A DNA stretch of 64,000 nucleotides, taken from the sequence record LC788710.1. One strand, given 5' to 3'. The position numbers and the translations under genes are program-made. Shown here one piece after another: positions 27,279-36,083 of this stretch (positions within the stretch are counted from its first letter, which is position 1; each line of letters begins with the position of its first letter). Below the pieces are notes generated by a model. It worked only from the letters and a program-made list of their open reading frames with translations. It was not told where the DNA came from and ran no database searches. The stretch comes from Escherichia coli phage Wa28.

Positions 27279-27630
27279 GTACATTTTTAGCGATTTCTTG
27301 TATTTCCTTAACGTCACTAACGAAAAGGTAATCAGAGCTTCCAGAGTGCATACTCTGCATAACCACACCATCCTCTGGTGCATCTTCTTTCAAAGTAATA
27401 CCTAACCAGAACTCGGCAAAACTAGGTGTTACCTCACCTTGACTTGCCTTGAATACATCGGCTTCTGTGATCTCCTGACCAGTAGAGAGTCCCATGTACG
27501 GTACGTTCAGATCAATATCTTTGTAAAACTCAGCTAGATCTTGTTCGAAGTCCCAACCTTTAGAGATAGCGAACTCCATTGTTACATGACCGAAATAGCC
27601 TTGAACCTTGCTTGATAATTGCATTTGCAA
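27271..27630 (-). CDS. hypothetical protein (119 aa)
   Basis: ORF. Confidence 0.55.
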   Translation of the reverse strand: MQMQLSSKVQGYFGHVTMEFAISKGWDFEQDLAEFYKDIDLNVPYMGLSTGQEITEADVFKASQGEVTPSFAEFWLGITLKEDAPEDGVVMQSMHSGSSDYLFVSDVKEIQEIAKNVLA

Positions 27631-27649
27631 TTCCTTATTTTGAGTTAAT

Positions 27650-27723
27650 TGGTACTCGGTGATAGAATCGAACTATCGCAACCGCCGTGTAAAGACGGGG
27701 TTCTCCCATTAAACTAACCGAGC
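27650..27723 (-). tRNA. tRNA-Val (UAC)
   Basis: Hand-folded. Confidence 0.65.
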
Positions 27724-27727
27724 AATT

Positions 27728-27805
27728 TGGTGGATTGCCTGGGATTCGAACCCAGAACTGACGGATTAAAGGTCCGCTACTCTTATCCGGTTGAGCTAGC
27801 AATCC
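27728..27805 (-). tRNA. tRNA-Lys (UUU), atypical C33
   Basis: Hand-folded; exact acceptor pairing, GCUC D-stem; loop sense CCUUUAA. Confidence 0.6.
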
Positions 27806-28269
27806 AATTTTTCTACTAATAATTTAAAAGCATCTAGTACAGGTACTTCAAACCATTCCCCGGATACTCTGTAGTCTTTGAGAAGATTATGTAACTCTTT
27901 CTCCGTACGTCTTTTATCTGACGAAAATCTGAAATGGTGTAGCTTGTAGTCTCTATTAGGTGAATAGGTTTGATAACTTGCTAACCTCTCATTTACATCT
28001 ATAGTCATACCTATTTTATACATGCCTGGCCATGCGGGATTACCGATTACATATACAAAACCTTCCGTTATAGGTATTTTATGTTCTCTTTTGTATTTTA
28101 AGAGATTTAAAGCTGCCATTCGATAACAGAATTTAAATTCTGAAGTTTTTAACTTACCCTCTTTACCAGAAATTTCATTATATTTGCTCATATAAGCTCT
28201 TATAAGCTTATCATCTATAATAAAATTATCAGGAAGGTTTAAGGCAGCTAAAACTTTATTAATTAGCAT
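27796..28269 (-). CDS. T5orf172-domain (GIY-YIG-like) protein
   Basis: GFVYVIGNPAWPGMYKIGMT...YQTYSP motif. Confidence 0.65.
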   Translation of the reverse strand: MLINKVLAALNLPDNFIIDDKLIRAYMSKYNEISGKEGKLKTSEFKFCYRMAALNLLKYKREHKIPITEGFVYVIGNPAWPGMYKIGMTIDVNERLASYQTYSPNRDYKLHHFRFSSDKRRTEKELHNLLKDYRVSGEWFEVPVLDAFKLLVEKLDC

Positions 28270-28444
28270 AAACTTCCTTAATAGAGTAGACTTTCAAGTA
28301 AGGATGATTAATACCAAATTCCGCCATTACTTCATTTTCATCTTTACCATAATGGGCTAGTGGATACTTCTTACGATCTTTACTAGAACGTAAATCACTT
28401 ACTTTTAAACGAAATAATTTCATTTCGAAATCCTTCTATTAAAT

Positions 28445-28522
28445 TGGAAGCGGGTGCAGGAATCGAACCTACCTCTTTCTAGCTTATGAGACTAGCGATC
28501 TCTACCAGAGATCTAACCCGCA
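28445..28522 (-). tRNA. tRNA with CAU anticodon (Met, fMet or Ile2)
   Basis: Hand-folded. Confidence 0.6.
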
Positions 28523-28528
28523 ATTGTT

Positions 28529-28606
28529 TGGTCTCCGTGGGAGGATTTGAACCCCCGACCCTATCGCCCCAAACGAAACGCTCTAGCCAAACTGAGCTAC
28601 ACGGAG
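28529..28606 (-). tRNA. tRNA-Pro (UGG)
   Basis: Hand-folded; exact acceptor pairing. Confidence 0.65.
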
Positions 28607-28638
28607 AATATTCTTTGTTAACTCACTTTATAAAATAT

Positions 28639-28667
28639 ATTATACAGAGAATTAAGCTAAATAGCAA
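28639..28667 (-). promoter_or_regulatory. early promoter TTGCTA-17-TATAAT
   Basis: Motif read. Confidence 0.65.
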
Positions 28668-28921
28668 CTACATTTTTTAATAAATTTACTTATTGCGTAG
28701 GCCACCTGGAGGGTTCAAGCCCCACGGCTGACAAAGAAGTTTGCGAGACTTCTCTTAAACGCCAGAATAGACCCGCCGATCTATCGGAACCTACTCAATA
28801 AGTAAACTTTCGTTTACCTACACCTACCTGGTCGGGAGGATTTTCAGCGACTAGAACCGGCCGGAAACTCATCGCCTTGTTTATCTAGGAGTCCGTTCTC
28901 TAGGAAGCAGAAACCTAAATT

Positions 28922-28995
28922 TGGTGCGGTCGGAGGGAATCGAACCCTCAACTTCTGGTTGGCAACCAAAAATTATACCTTTTAACTACGAACGC
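28922..28995 (-). tRNA. tRNA-Gly (GCC)
   Basis: Hand-folded. Confidence 0.7.
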
Positions 28996-29001
28996 ATAAT
29001 A

Positions 29002-29130
29002 AGTCAATCTAGGCAGGACTTGAACCTGCTATCACTTGTGCGGATTTACGAGAACCATTCTTTCACTCGAATCGAACGAGCTTCTACCCTCGGCAAGCTG
29101 GTGTCCCCTCTCCACCACGCTAGAATGATA
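29002..29130 (-). other. two degenerate tRNA-like elements (T-arm-like GCAGG/ACTTGAA/CCTGC and CTCG/AATCGAA/CGAG) lacking full cloverleaf
   Basis: T-arms found; no pairing acceptor or canonical anticodon arm. Confidence 0.3.
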
Positions 29131-29208
29131 ATTAGTGCCTGCTCCTTTGAATCAAGAAGTCCACCCCGGACTTTGGGTCTTTGCAGTACATCACGCTGCT
29201 CTGATGTT

Positions 29209-29285
29209 TGGTACACCCACTAGGACTTGAACCTAGAACCTACCGCTTAAGAGGCGGTAGCTCTAACCAATTGAGCTATGGATGT
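29209..29285 (-). tRNA. tRNA-Lys (CUU)
   Basis: Hand-folded; perfect anticodon stem. Confidence 0.7.
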
Positions 29286-29291
29286 ATAATT

Positions 29292-29366
29292 TGGCGGTAC
29301 TAAGGGTAATCGAAACCCTACCTCTCCCGTGACAGGGGAGTATCCTAACCGTTAGACTATAGTACC
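29292..29366 (-). tRNA. tRNA-Asp (GUC)
   Basis: Hand-folded; exact acceptor pairing. Confidence 0.75.
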
Positions 29367-29938
29367 TTTAACTTTTTAAGTTCTTTAGGATTGCCTCCTA
29401 AAGAAGTGTATCTTTTACGCAACCCATTATCTGAATAACTTAACTTTCTCCCTGCACCTGACCAGCCTAGCTCTCTTACTGTAACCTCGATTATTTCTTT
29501 AGTTATAGAGATATCTTTTGGTTTATGTGAAGAGCACTCCTGACATTTTTCAGCTTTTAAAGAAATAGCTTTACCACAATCCTTACAACAATTATCATGG
29601 TTTAGTTTACTAAATCCTTTATCTTTTAAAGTCTTTTCTAGATGCTGCTCTTTTGTGAGCACTTGTAAGTTATTAAGACCCCAATAAGTAATGTCTGTGT
29701 TAATATGGTCAACTTCTAGTTCAGAGTCTAGACTTGGTAATTTCTTAAATGCACATGCTAAAATCCTATGTACACCGGTATTTCTCTGTTGACCATTTTT
29801 ATGGAGACGTATAGATAAGTATCCGTAATTACTGGTTATTTGGGTTAGTATTTTGTTTGATTTGATACTAAATACTAACCCATCCAAACTTACTAAGTAC
29901 TCCTCAAACCCTGGAATGGGTAAGGATATTCCGTGCAT
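29357..29938 (-). CDS. HNH homing endonuclease
   Basis: NGYLSIRL...HRILACAF...VDHIN motifs; Cys cluster. Confidence 0.65.
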   Translation of the reverse strand: MHGISLPIPGFEEYLVSLDGLVFSIKSNKILTQITSNYGYLSIRLHKNGQQRNTGVHRILACAFKKLPSLDSELEVDHINTDITYWGLNNLQVLTKEQHLEKTLKDKGFSKLNHDNCCKDCGKAISLKAEKCQECSSHKPKDISITKEIIEVTVRELGWSGAGRKLSYSDNGLRKRYTSLGGNPKELKKLKVL

Positions 29939-29941
29939 AAT

Positions 29942-30127
29942 TTACTCAGTTTTGAGTTTTTCGATAGCTTCCTCAACCTCTTTTAGAGCTTCACGACGCT
30001 CTACTTGACCTTGAAGTTCTTCAAGAAGTTCAGCTTTCAGAGCCTTAATAATATTACCACGAACCTTAATATTATTAATCAGATTATCACGATCAGCTTC
30101 TAGTCGAGCAATTGCACGAGTTGTCAT
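29942..30127 (-). CDS. small coiled-coil protein (61 aa)
   Basis: ORF. Confidence 0.4.
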   Translation of the reverse strand: MTTRAIARLEADRDNLINNIKVRGNIIKALKAELLEELQGQVERREALKEVEEAIEKLKTE

Positions 30128-30230
30128 ATCTATTTCCTCAGTTGTTAATGAAAAATGGTATCTGTGACTGAATTCGATATCAGCAATGATAGCTGGTTGG
30201 CTACCGGTTTACTTAACTCTACACAGAATA

Positions 30231-30313
30231 TGGCGGGCCGTGTAGGATTCGAACCTACGTTGTCTTTCGACATGGATTAACAGTCCACCGCCAAACCGCT
30301 TGGCTAACGACCC
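30231..30313 (-). tRNA. tRNA-Asn (GUU) with unusually long (13-nt) variable region
   Basis: Hand-folded. Confidence 0.55.
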
Positions 30314-30320
30314 TAAAATT

Positions 30321-30396
30321 TGGACGACCGCATGAGATTCGAACTCACATAAGGAGGTTTTGCAGGCCTCCGCCTAAGCCATTCAGCCAACGGTCG
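30321..30396 (-). tRNA. tRNA-Cys (GCA)
   Basis: Hand-folded. Confidence 0.6.
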
Positions 30397-30574
30397 ATTT
30401 ATCTTGCTTTTCGAGATTAGTAAACTCTAGATCTTTAGAATGTCCTATAGATCTAGCATAATAGCCATCTCCAGCATCGTAGCCTGATTTACCGCACTCA
30501 CACATCTTAAACTCTCTATAATGAGTGAAAATATGTTCAGAACCACAACACTTAAATTTAACTAACATTTTCAT
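30383..30574 (-). CDS. small zinc-ribbon protein (63 aa)
   Basis: CCGSEH...CECG. Confidence 0.4.
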   Translation of the reverse strand: MKMLVKFKCCGSEHIFTHYREFKMCECGKSGYDAGDGYYARSIGHSKDLEFTNLEKQDKSTVG

Positions 30575-30813
30575 TTAACACGCTCCGGTAAATCTTCGAG
30601 TTTATATTGAGTAGCCACATTAGCAGCATCTAGTAACAAACCCATATGTTTAAGAATCCTAGTGATAGCCTCGCCTTCTGCTTCTTCTACAAAAGTGCGT
30701 AGTTGAATGAAGTCAATACCCCCATCCATACCAGAGAAAATGTTTAGTAAGCGAAGCATTACCAGCTTACGTTCTTTCAATTCTTGTTCTGTCATGTTGC
30801 TTCTCCAGTTCAA
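30571..30813 (-). CDS. hypothetical protein (80 aa)
   Basis: ORF downstream of promoter. Confidence 0.45.
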   Translation of the reverse strand: MNWRSNMTEQELKERKLVMLRLLNIFSGMDGGIDFIQLRTFVEEAEGEAITRILKHMGLLLDAANVATQYKLEDLPERVK

Positions 30814-30824
30814 TTTATGTAATA

Positions 30825-30853
30825 ATTATACAGAACTTTAAGCGGTTAAGCAA
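30825..30853 (-). promoter_or_regulatory. early promoter TTGCTT-17-TATAAT
   Basis: Motif read. Confidence 0.65.
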
Positions 30854-31124
30854 CTACATTTTTTAAGAATTTGATGCCTTTCTTTTTCTTCTTATATTTC
30901 CACGTTAACGGGTTCTGTCGATTATGAACGCTTGAGATCTTTGTCTCGTCAAAGTTCTTCAAAACCATGTAATCACAGGCCAACTGTTCTAGTGGGATGT
31001 GATCTCCATCAAAAGCATAAACATAAGGCTGTTGACTAGCACGATAATGATAGACTTTGTTAATTCTGCGTTTCAGTGACTTATCCGCACAGTAAATAAA
31101 GAAGTTTTCAGGATGCATCAGCAT
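30846..31124 (-). CDS. hypothetical protein (92 aa)
   Basis: ORF. Confidence 0.45.
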   Translation of the reverse strand: MLMHPENFFIYCADKSLKRRINKVYHYRASQQPYVYAFDGDHIPLEQLACDYMVLKNFDETKISSVHNRQNPLTWKYKKKKKGIKFLKNVVA

Positions 31125-31135
31125 CTCCTTAAAAT

Positions 31136-31210
31136 TGGTGCACCCTGTTCGTATCGAACGAACCTCTCAAGCTCTTCAGGCAAGCGCTAATCCATCTCAG
31201 CTAAAGGTGC
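31136..31210 (-). tRNA. tRNA-Phe (GAA), weak anticodon stem
   Basis: Hand-folded; two U-U mismatches in anticodon stem. Confidence 0.5.
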
Positions 31211-31216
31211 AAATAT

Positions 31217-31293
31217 TGGCAAACCTACTAGGACTCGAACCTAGACCGTACGGTTTTGGAGACCGACATGCTGTCCAGTAACACTCTAGGAAT
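31217..31293 (-). tRNA. tRNA-Trp (CCA)
   Basis: Hand-folded; acceptor stem 5/7 paired. Confidence 0.55.
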
Positions 31294-31301
31294 GCAGAAA
31301 T

Positions 31302-31378
31302 TGGCGTCCTGTGCGGGGATCGAACCCGCAAACCCCACCTTGAAAGGGTGGTGACTTTACCAGTTTGTCTAACAGGAC
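31302..31378 (-). tRNA. tRNA-Glu (UUC)
   Basis: Hand-folded; all stems perfect. Confidence 0.8.
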
Positions 31379-31860
31379 TTAAATTGTTTATTGGATAGAT
31401 TGTTAAACTCGGAAAGTATGTCGTCTACACTTCTGTCTAACACTACCCATTCATTAAGCCGTTCAGGAAAGCTATTATGAAGCATTTTCTCCGCTTCTCT
31501 AGCATTAAACCAAAATGACCAATGTATTAACTTATAATCACGTAAGGGAGAATAAGTTTGGTAATTTCCTAATCTTGTTTTAGGATCAGAAGACATACCA
31601 ATTTTTACATAGTTATCCCACGCTGGGTTAGTTATTGCATAAATAAAACCACAGCTGGATTTTTCTCCAATACTTTTGTTATACTTGATAAAAGATAGGG
31701 CAGATAACTTCAAGCTATATCGACGATTACTATCGCGACCAAAGTTAGCTGTACCAAATGTGAGGCTTTCTAATATTAGATCTTTGTTTATATCGGCGGG
31801 TGAACCCAACTGTATAATACCTCTATTTGCAGCTTCTTGAATTATCCGATCAATATACAT
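31369..31860 (-). CDS. T5orf172-domain (GIY-YIG-like) protein
   Basis: GFIYAITNPAWDNYVKIGMS...YQTYSP motif. Confidence 0.65.
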   Translation of the reverse strand: MYIDRIIQEAANRGIIQLGSPADINKDLILESLTFGTANFGRDSNRRYSLKLSALSFIKYNKSIGEKSSCGFIYAITNPAWDNYVKIGMSSDPKTRLGNYQTYSPLRDYKLIHWSFWFNAREAEKMLHNSFPERLNEWVVLDRSVDDILSEFNNLSNKQFKSC

Positions 31861-31877
31861 ATCCTTTACCTTTAATT

Positions 31878-31965
31878 TGGTGGGCGTTAATGGAGTCGAA
31901 CCACTCGAGTCGCAATGACCAGGGATTTACAATCCCCTCCGCTACCACTTACGGAATAAACGCCC
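31878..31965 (-). tRNA. tRNA-Tyr (GUA), type II
   Basis: Hand-folded; long variable arm. Confidence 0.7.
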
Positions 31966-32094
31966 ATATTTAGAAGTATTCAAATACTTGTTTAAACACT
32001 TTTAAATATGTTTTCCAAATTAGATATCTATTATATCAAGTTTTGAAGGACTGAGCAAGTCAAATTTTAAAGAACTTGCTCAGTGCTACATCAG

Positions 32095-32370
32095 TTACTC
32101 GAAGCTAGGAGTGACGCTCAGTTTGAATGGAAGCTCGAACACTTCTTCATAATCATCATTGAGCGTAATTACACGACCTTCTAGCTTAGTCATGGTGATT
32201 TCGATATCAGCCCTTGCATCAGGAGCCATACCAGCTTCCACACATTTAGCTTTAACTTCCGGCAGAAGTTCTACGTCGTAGAAATAAAGCCATTCAATCT
32301 CACCTTCCCAGCCACCCCAGGATTTACAAACAGCACTTTCAACACCAGTTGCAGTAACACGTTTTGACAT
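32095..32370 (-). CDS. hypothetical protein (91 aa)
   Basis: ORF. Confidence 0.5.
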   Translation of the reverse strand: MSKRVTATGVESAVCKSWGGWEGEIEWLYFYDVELLPEVKAKCVEAGMAPDARADIEITMTKLEGRVITLNDDYEEVFELPFKLSVTPSFE

Positions 32371-32400
32371 TCGTTAACTCCTTCATCAATTTATATAACT

Positions 32401-32430
32401 ATTATAACAGAAATCTTAAGTAAAAAGCAA
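32401..32430 (-). promoter_or_regulatory. early promoter TTGCTT-18-TATAAT
   Basis: Motif read. Confidence 0.6.
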
Positions 32431-32460
32431 GTACATTTTTAAAATTTCTGCTTGGAGGAG

Positions 32461-32733
32461 TTAAACTCCTGATTCTTCAGCCAGATCAAGCCCAACCAAC
32501 GTGATTGCCATAATAGCCGCGCCATGTTCTTTCTCCCCTAGCTCTTTGGCTTGAGCGAGAATATTGAGGAATTGCTTTTGAAAATCTGCAACTTCTTCTG
32601 TCATGCCTGCTTCAGCAATAATTCCTTTAAGCATAAAGCGTTGTGCCGTAATTTCAGGATTAGCCATTTGTTTTCTCCAGTTATTTAGAATGTAAGCCAA
32701 ACTTAGGATCATAGCGATCGTAAGTCGTACCAT
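32461..32733 (-). CDS. hypothetical protein (90 aa)
   Basis: ORF. Confidence 0.5.
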   Translation of the reverse strand: MVRLTIAMILSLAYILNNWRKQMANPEITAQRFMLKGIIAEAGMTEEVADFQKQFLNILAQAKELGEKEHGAAIMAITLVGLDLAEESGV

Positions 32734-32818
32734 TAGTTGAAGCCTTAATGCTATGGAAACGACAGTACATAAATTTACGTAGTGCTTTCTTAATAGCTTT
32801 CATTTTATTTCCTTAATT

Positions 32819-32895
32819 TGGTAGGGGTGGTGGGATTCGAACCCACAAAACCTGAATTTTAAGTCCAGTACCTATGCCAATTCGATTACACCCCC
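32819..32895 (-). tRNA. tRNA-Leu (UAA), short variable loop
   Basis: Hand-folded; D-arm poorly paired. Confidence 0.55.
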
Positions 32896-32903
32896 ATGTA
32901 ATC

Positions 32904-33257
32904 TTAGCGAATCTCTAAACCCTGGAAATATCGAGGGAATGGAGAGCCAACTTCAAAATTGATGCCCCAATTAAGTTCAACGAGTTCAGATTTATTAAGA
33001 TCTAGGCCATTACCTTCAAAGATATAGCCGTAAACCGCAGGAAACATAGCTGCTAGATCTTCCATATCGGAATGAGCATTGTGTTCTTCACGGAACTGCT
33101 CAAACTCTTCAAAGAACTTTTCTAGGAAGAACTCAGGTACGATGAACGTTACCACATCAGTAGAATCATCGGTACGATACACCGTAGCTTGGAACAAGCC
33201 AACACCTAAAAGGTTTATTGCCGGAGTAGTAAAAATATCCATCTTAGCCTCGCTCAA
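32904..33257 (-). CDS. hypothetical acidic protein (117 aa)
   Basis: ORF. Confidence 0.5.
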   Translation of the reverse strand: MSEAKMDIFTTPAINLLGVGLFQATVYRTDDSTDVVTFIVPEFFLEKFFEEFEQFREEHNAHSDMEDLAAMFPAVYGYIFEGNGLDLNKSELVELNWGINFEVGSPFPRYFQGLEIR

Positions 33258-33429
33258 TGTCTAGACAAATTGCATATTCAGGGTTGATACCAGTACCTTT
33301 ACATGTAGGACATTCCCATTCTCTACAGAAAATACCCCCCGGTTCTGCATCATCCTGCCTACCACCACCATGACAGTCCTTACACCGACATTCTTCTAAT
33401 GCTTTCTTCATTTCATAGAATCTAGACAT
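33244..33429 (-). CDS. small zinc-ribbon protein (61 aa)
   Basis: CRCKDCHG...CREWECPTC. Confidence 0.45.
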   Translation of the reverse strand: MSRFYEMKKALEECRCKDCHGGGRQDDAEPGGIFCREWECPTCKGTGINPEYAICLDIERG

Positions 33430-33446
33430 ATAGTCTCCTGGTTAAT

Positions 33447-33524
33447 TGGTGGCTCCCGGAGGATTCGAACCTACCTACCTTTCGCTTATGAGGCGACGGC
33501 TCATACCAAATGAGCTTGAGAACC
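33447..33524 (-). tRNA. tRNA with CAU anticodon (Met, fMet or Ile2), third copy
   Basis: Hand-folded; anticodon loop identical to 28445-28522. Confidence 0.6.
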
Positions 33525-33529
33525 AAATT

Positions 33530-33623
33530 TGGAGGAAGATGCCAGACTCGAACTGGCACACCGTGTCTCCACAGCTACTGGCTGTTTAGCAAACAGCTCC
33601 CTTACCTTTAGGGTTAATCTTCC
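33530..33623 (-). tRNA. tRNA-Ser (GCU), type II
   Basis: Hand-folded; perfect anticodon stem, exact acceptor pairing. Confidence 0.7.
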
Positions 33624-33637
33624 GAATTTATGAATAT

Positions 33638-33666
33638 ATTATACAGAAAATTTCGGCATTAAGCAA
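33638..33666 (-). promoter_or_regulatory. early promoter TTGCTT-17-TATAAT
   Basis: Motif read. Confidence 0.65.
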
Positions 33667-33674
33667 GTGAAATT

Positions 33675-33971
33675 TTACTGAACACTGCACTGATACACTT
33701 GTTTGATACGTGTCACTGACTTCTTAGTTGGATTGATAGAAGAACCTTGCCACCAACGTGACTCTGAGCTAAGAACAGCGCCAGGAACAGCCTGCTCTTT
33801 TGGCAGAACAATATCAAAACACTGTTCACCCATATTATCTTTAATGTGTGACCAAATATCCAAAGTAAATCGTTCTAACTTATTACAAACCTGAACTTGA
33901 CAAAGTTCCTGTTGCGGAGCAGCAAATACAGAAGTAGATACTAGAGCCAATGCAAGTACAATGCGTTTCAT
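33675..33971 (-). CDS. secreted protein (signal peptide), 98 aa
   Basis: MKRIVLALALVSTSVFAAP. Confidence 0.5.
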   Translation of the reverse strand: MKRIVLALALVSTSVFAAPQQELCQVQVCNKLERFTLDIWSHIKDNMGEQCFDIVLPKEQAVPGAVLSSESRWWQGSSINPTKKSVTRIKQVYQCSVQ

Positions 33972-34001
33972 GTTTGATTCCTCTCTCGAATTTATAAATA
34001 T

Positions 34002-34030
34002 ATTATACAGAAATTTTCTATATTAAGCAA
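34002..34030 (-). promoter_or_regulatory. early promoter TTGCTT-17-TATAAT
   Basis: Motif read. Confidence 0.65.
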
Positions 34031-34077
34031 GTGAAAATTTCTGTATAATAGCCCTCGCTTAGAGGGCTATAACTACT

Positions 34078-34770
34078 TTATTTGTTAACGCGTACAAAGT
34101 ATCCTTTATAAGCTCCAAGAATAGAGTTGCCTAAGAATACTAGCCACATTGCTAGGATTGCGTAAGATGCACCTGTAGATTGAGCAGTTACAAGCCAAAT
34201 GTACACAGTACCAATGTTAATAGCAATCCAAATCAGCCATTGTTCAGCATATTGTTTGACCATAAGCCACATAGCAATCACACTACCAACCGCAGTAAAT
34301 GCATCCAACATTGGGAATGGATCAGCCGTAGTAGCAAGGAAACTACCATAACCTAACGTGGCTACTGCTAAAATCCCTAGAGTCAGCAAAGCTTGAGCTT
34401 TTGTCAGAACTTTAGTTGGAACATCCGGTAGATTACTTGGCTTATTTTTATGCCACAAGTACATTCCGTAGAACTGCATAGGAACGTAGTACAATAGGTT
34501 TAGTGCTGCGTTACCATAAAGATCAGCATTTAGAGCTGTAATACCGTAGGTCAGAACACCTACCAAACCCCAGACATAGTTGGAAACACGTCCTTTTGCA
34601 ACCAGAATAACACAAACCACATTGGTTATTGCAGTAGCCCAATCTAGAGCTGTACCATTATAGTTTGCTAAACTAATGAAGACAACCGCTATGAACAGCC
34701 ACAGATATTCCAGAGGTTTCCAGTTTTTAAAGTCATTTACGAGATAGTTAGTCATATTAAAACTCTCCAA
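34078..34770 (-). CDS. pnuC: PnuC-family nicotinamide riboside/NMN transporter
   Basis: Multi-TM; EQWLIWIAINIGTVYIW resembles E. coli PnuC ENWLLWVIINVISVVIF. Confidence 0.75.
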   Translation of the reverse strand: MESFNMTNYLVNDFKNWKPLEYLWLFIAVVFISLANYNGTALDWATAITNVVCVILVAKGRVSNYVWGLVGVLTYGITALNADLYGNAALNLLYYVPMQFYGMYLWHKNKPSNLPDVPTKVLTKAQALLTLGILAVATLGYGSFLATTADPFPMLDAFTAVGSVIAMWLMVKQYAEQWLIWIAINIGTVYIWLVTAQSTGASYAILAMWLVFLGNSILGAYKGYFVRVNK

Positions 34771-35830
34771 CGTTAAAGTGATGAATCAGCCAGTCTACTG
34801 CGTTTACTGCTTCGTCCATACGAACTTTGTAGTCCGGAGAGTCGATGTAAACAGTACGCCCTTCAGGGAACTGATTTGGAAATTCTTTCTTCATCTGCTC
34901 GAACAGTTCAGAAGTAATTGAACGATCGGAGTTAATACGTAAACCATCATCTACCCACTTGACAGTAGGCGCTAGAACAATTACTAAATCGTAATGTTCT
35001 TCTTTTGCAATTGCTGTAACCACAGGGTTCTTACTATGTTCATAAAGTCTGTGGTAGAACTCAGTAATAAAAGCATTTGTATCCACAAACATGATCTTAT
35101 TTGCAGTACGTTCTGCTTCAAACTCTAGCTCTTTGTGTCTGAACGCAATTTTACTATAGTCTTCGCTGGTAAGCAGATTTTCGTTACCAACTAGATCAAC
35201 TTCACAATACGTTCGGCCATATTCTTCTACCCACGAAGTGTTGTATAGCTTCGCAAGGTATTTTGTTAAAGTAGTCTTTCCTGAGCTTTCAGTCCCAATG
35301 ATTACAACCTTACGCACGTAATCTTTACGAGCTACGCTAGGAAGAAACTCCCAATACTTCATAAGATCATTACGAATCATTGTAGCTGAGATTGGAACAC
35401 GAGTCCGATCAGAATCTACAATATAATGACCAAACTTCGGCAGATATTTCTTATATTCTGCATCATAGTCTAGTTCGCTAGAGAAAATGGTGATCTCAGG
35501 CAAATGTCCGTAATTTTCATTAAGGATTCTAGCATATTCCGGCCAACCATTCGGATATTCAGGAATATCATCTTCAATAATGTACTCTACCGAAATGTGC
35601 TCAATATCCGCGTAAGTTTGTTCTAACCAACGAAGTCGATTCTTTAACTGTAATACTTCCTGATCACGAGTGTTCTGCTTATCCAGCCAACGATTATCAT
35701 GACTAACTACAACAATAACTCGTTCACACATAGTTGCTGCTGTGTTTATTAGGTTAATATGACCACGCGTTAATGGCGCGAACTTACCAATTACTAGACC
35801 AGTCTTAATCATATTTGATTCCTCTCTCAA
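34757..35830 (-). CDS. nadR: NadR-like bifunctional NMN adenylyltransferase / ribosylnicotinamide kinase
   Basis: N-terminal GKFAPLTRGH nucleotidyltransferase motif; central GTESSGKTT P-loop. Confidence 0.75.
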   Translation of the reverse strand: MREESNMIKTGLVIGKFAPLTRGHINLINTAATMCERVIVVVSHDNRWLDKQNTRDQEVLQLKNRLRWLEQTYADIEHISVEYIIEDDIPEYPNGWPEYARILNENYGHLPEITIFSSELDYDAEYKKYLPKFGHYIVDSDRTRVPISATMIRNDLMKYWEFLPSVARKDYVRKVVIIGTESSGKTTLTKYLAKLYNTSWVEEYGRTYCEVDLVGNENLLTSEDYSKIAFRHKELEFEAERTANKIMFVDTNAFITEFYHRLYEHSKNPVVTAIAKEEHYDLVIVLAPTVKWVDDGLRINSDRSITSELFEQMKKEFPNQFPEGRTVYIDSPDYKVRMDEAVNAVDWLIHHFNVGEF

Positions 35831-35842
35831 ATTTATAAATAT

Positions 35843-35871
35843 ATTATACAGAGAATTTAGCGTTCAAGCAA
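35843..35871 (-). promoter_or_regulatory. early promoter TTGCTT-17-TATAAT
   Basis: Motif read. Confidence 0.65.
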
Positions 35872-36024
35872 TCGAATTTTTAAACTTTTTAGTGGAAAAA
35901 TCTCAAGGCATTTAGTGGTAGCACGTTGTTGCTACAATAATAGTATATGATTCTAAAGAATTAAAGAATTAAATACTAAAGACCTTAGTTGAATAACTTA
36001 TGGGCTTTTCTTTTGCCTTAAATA

Positions 36025-36059
36025 CAGAAAAGCCCGCGCTCTCGGAGGAAACGCGGGCT
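36025..36059 (-). terminator. rho-independent terminator (GCCCGCG..CGCGGGC)
   Basis: 7-bp GC stem with A run on plus. Confidence 0.7.
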
Positions 36060-36083
36060 TGGTTCGAAGATTACGTGTAACTA

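Noticed and set aside
28700-28720. Plus-strand tRNA-like T-loop GGAGGGTTCAAGCCCC
   Set aside because: No acceptor, D or anticodon arm could be built around it.
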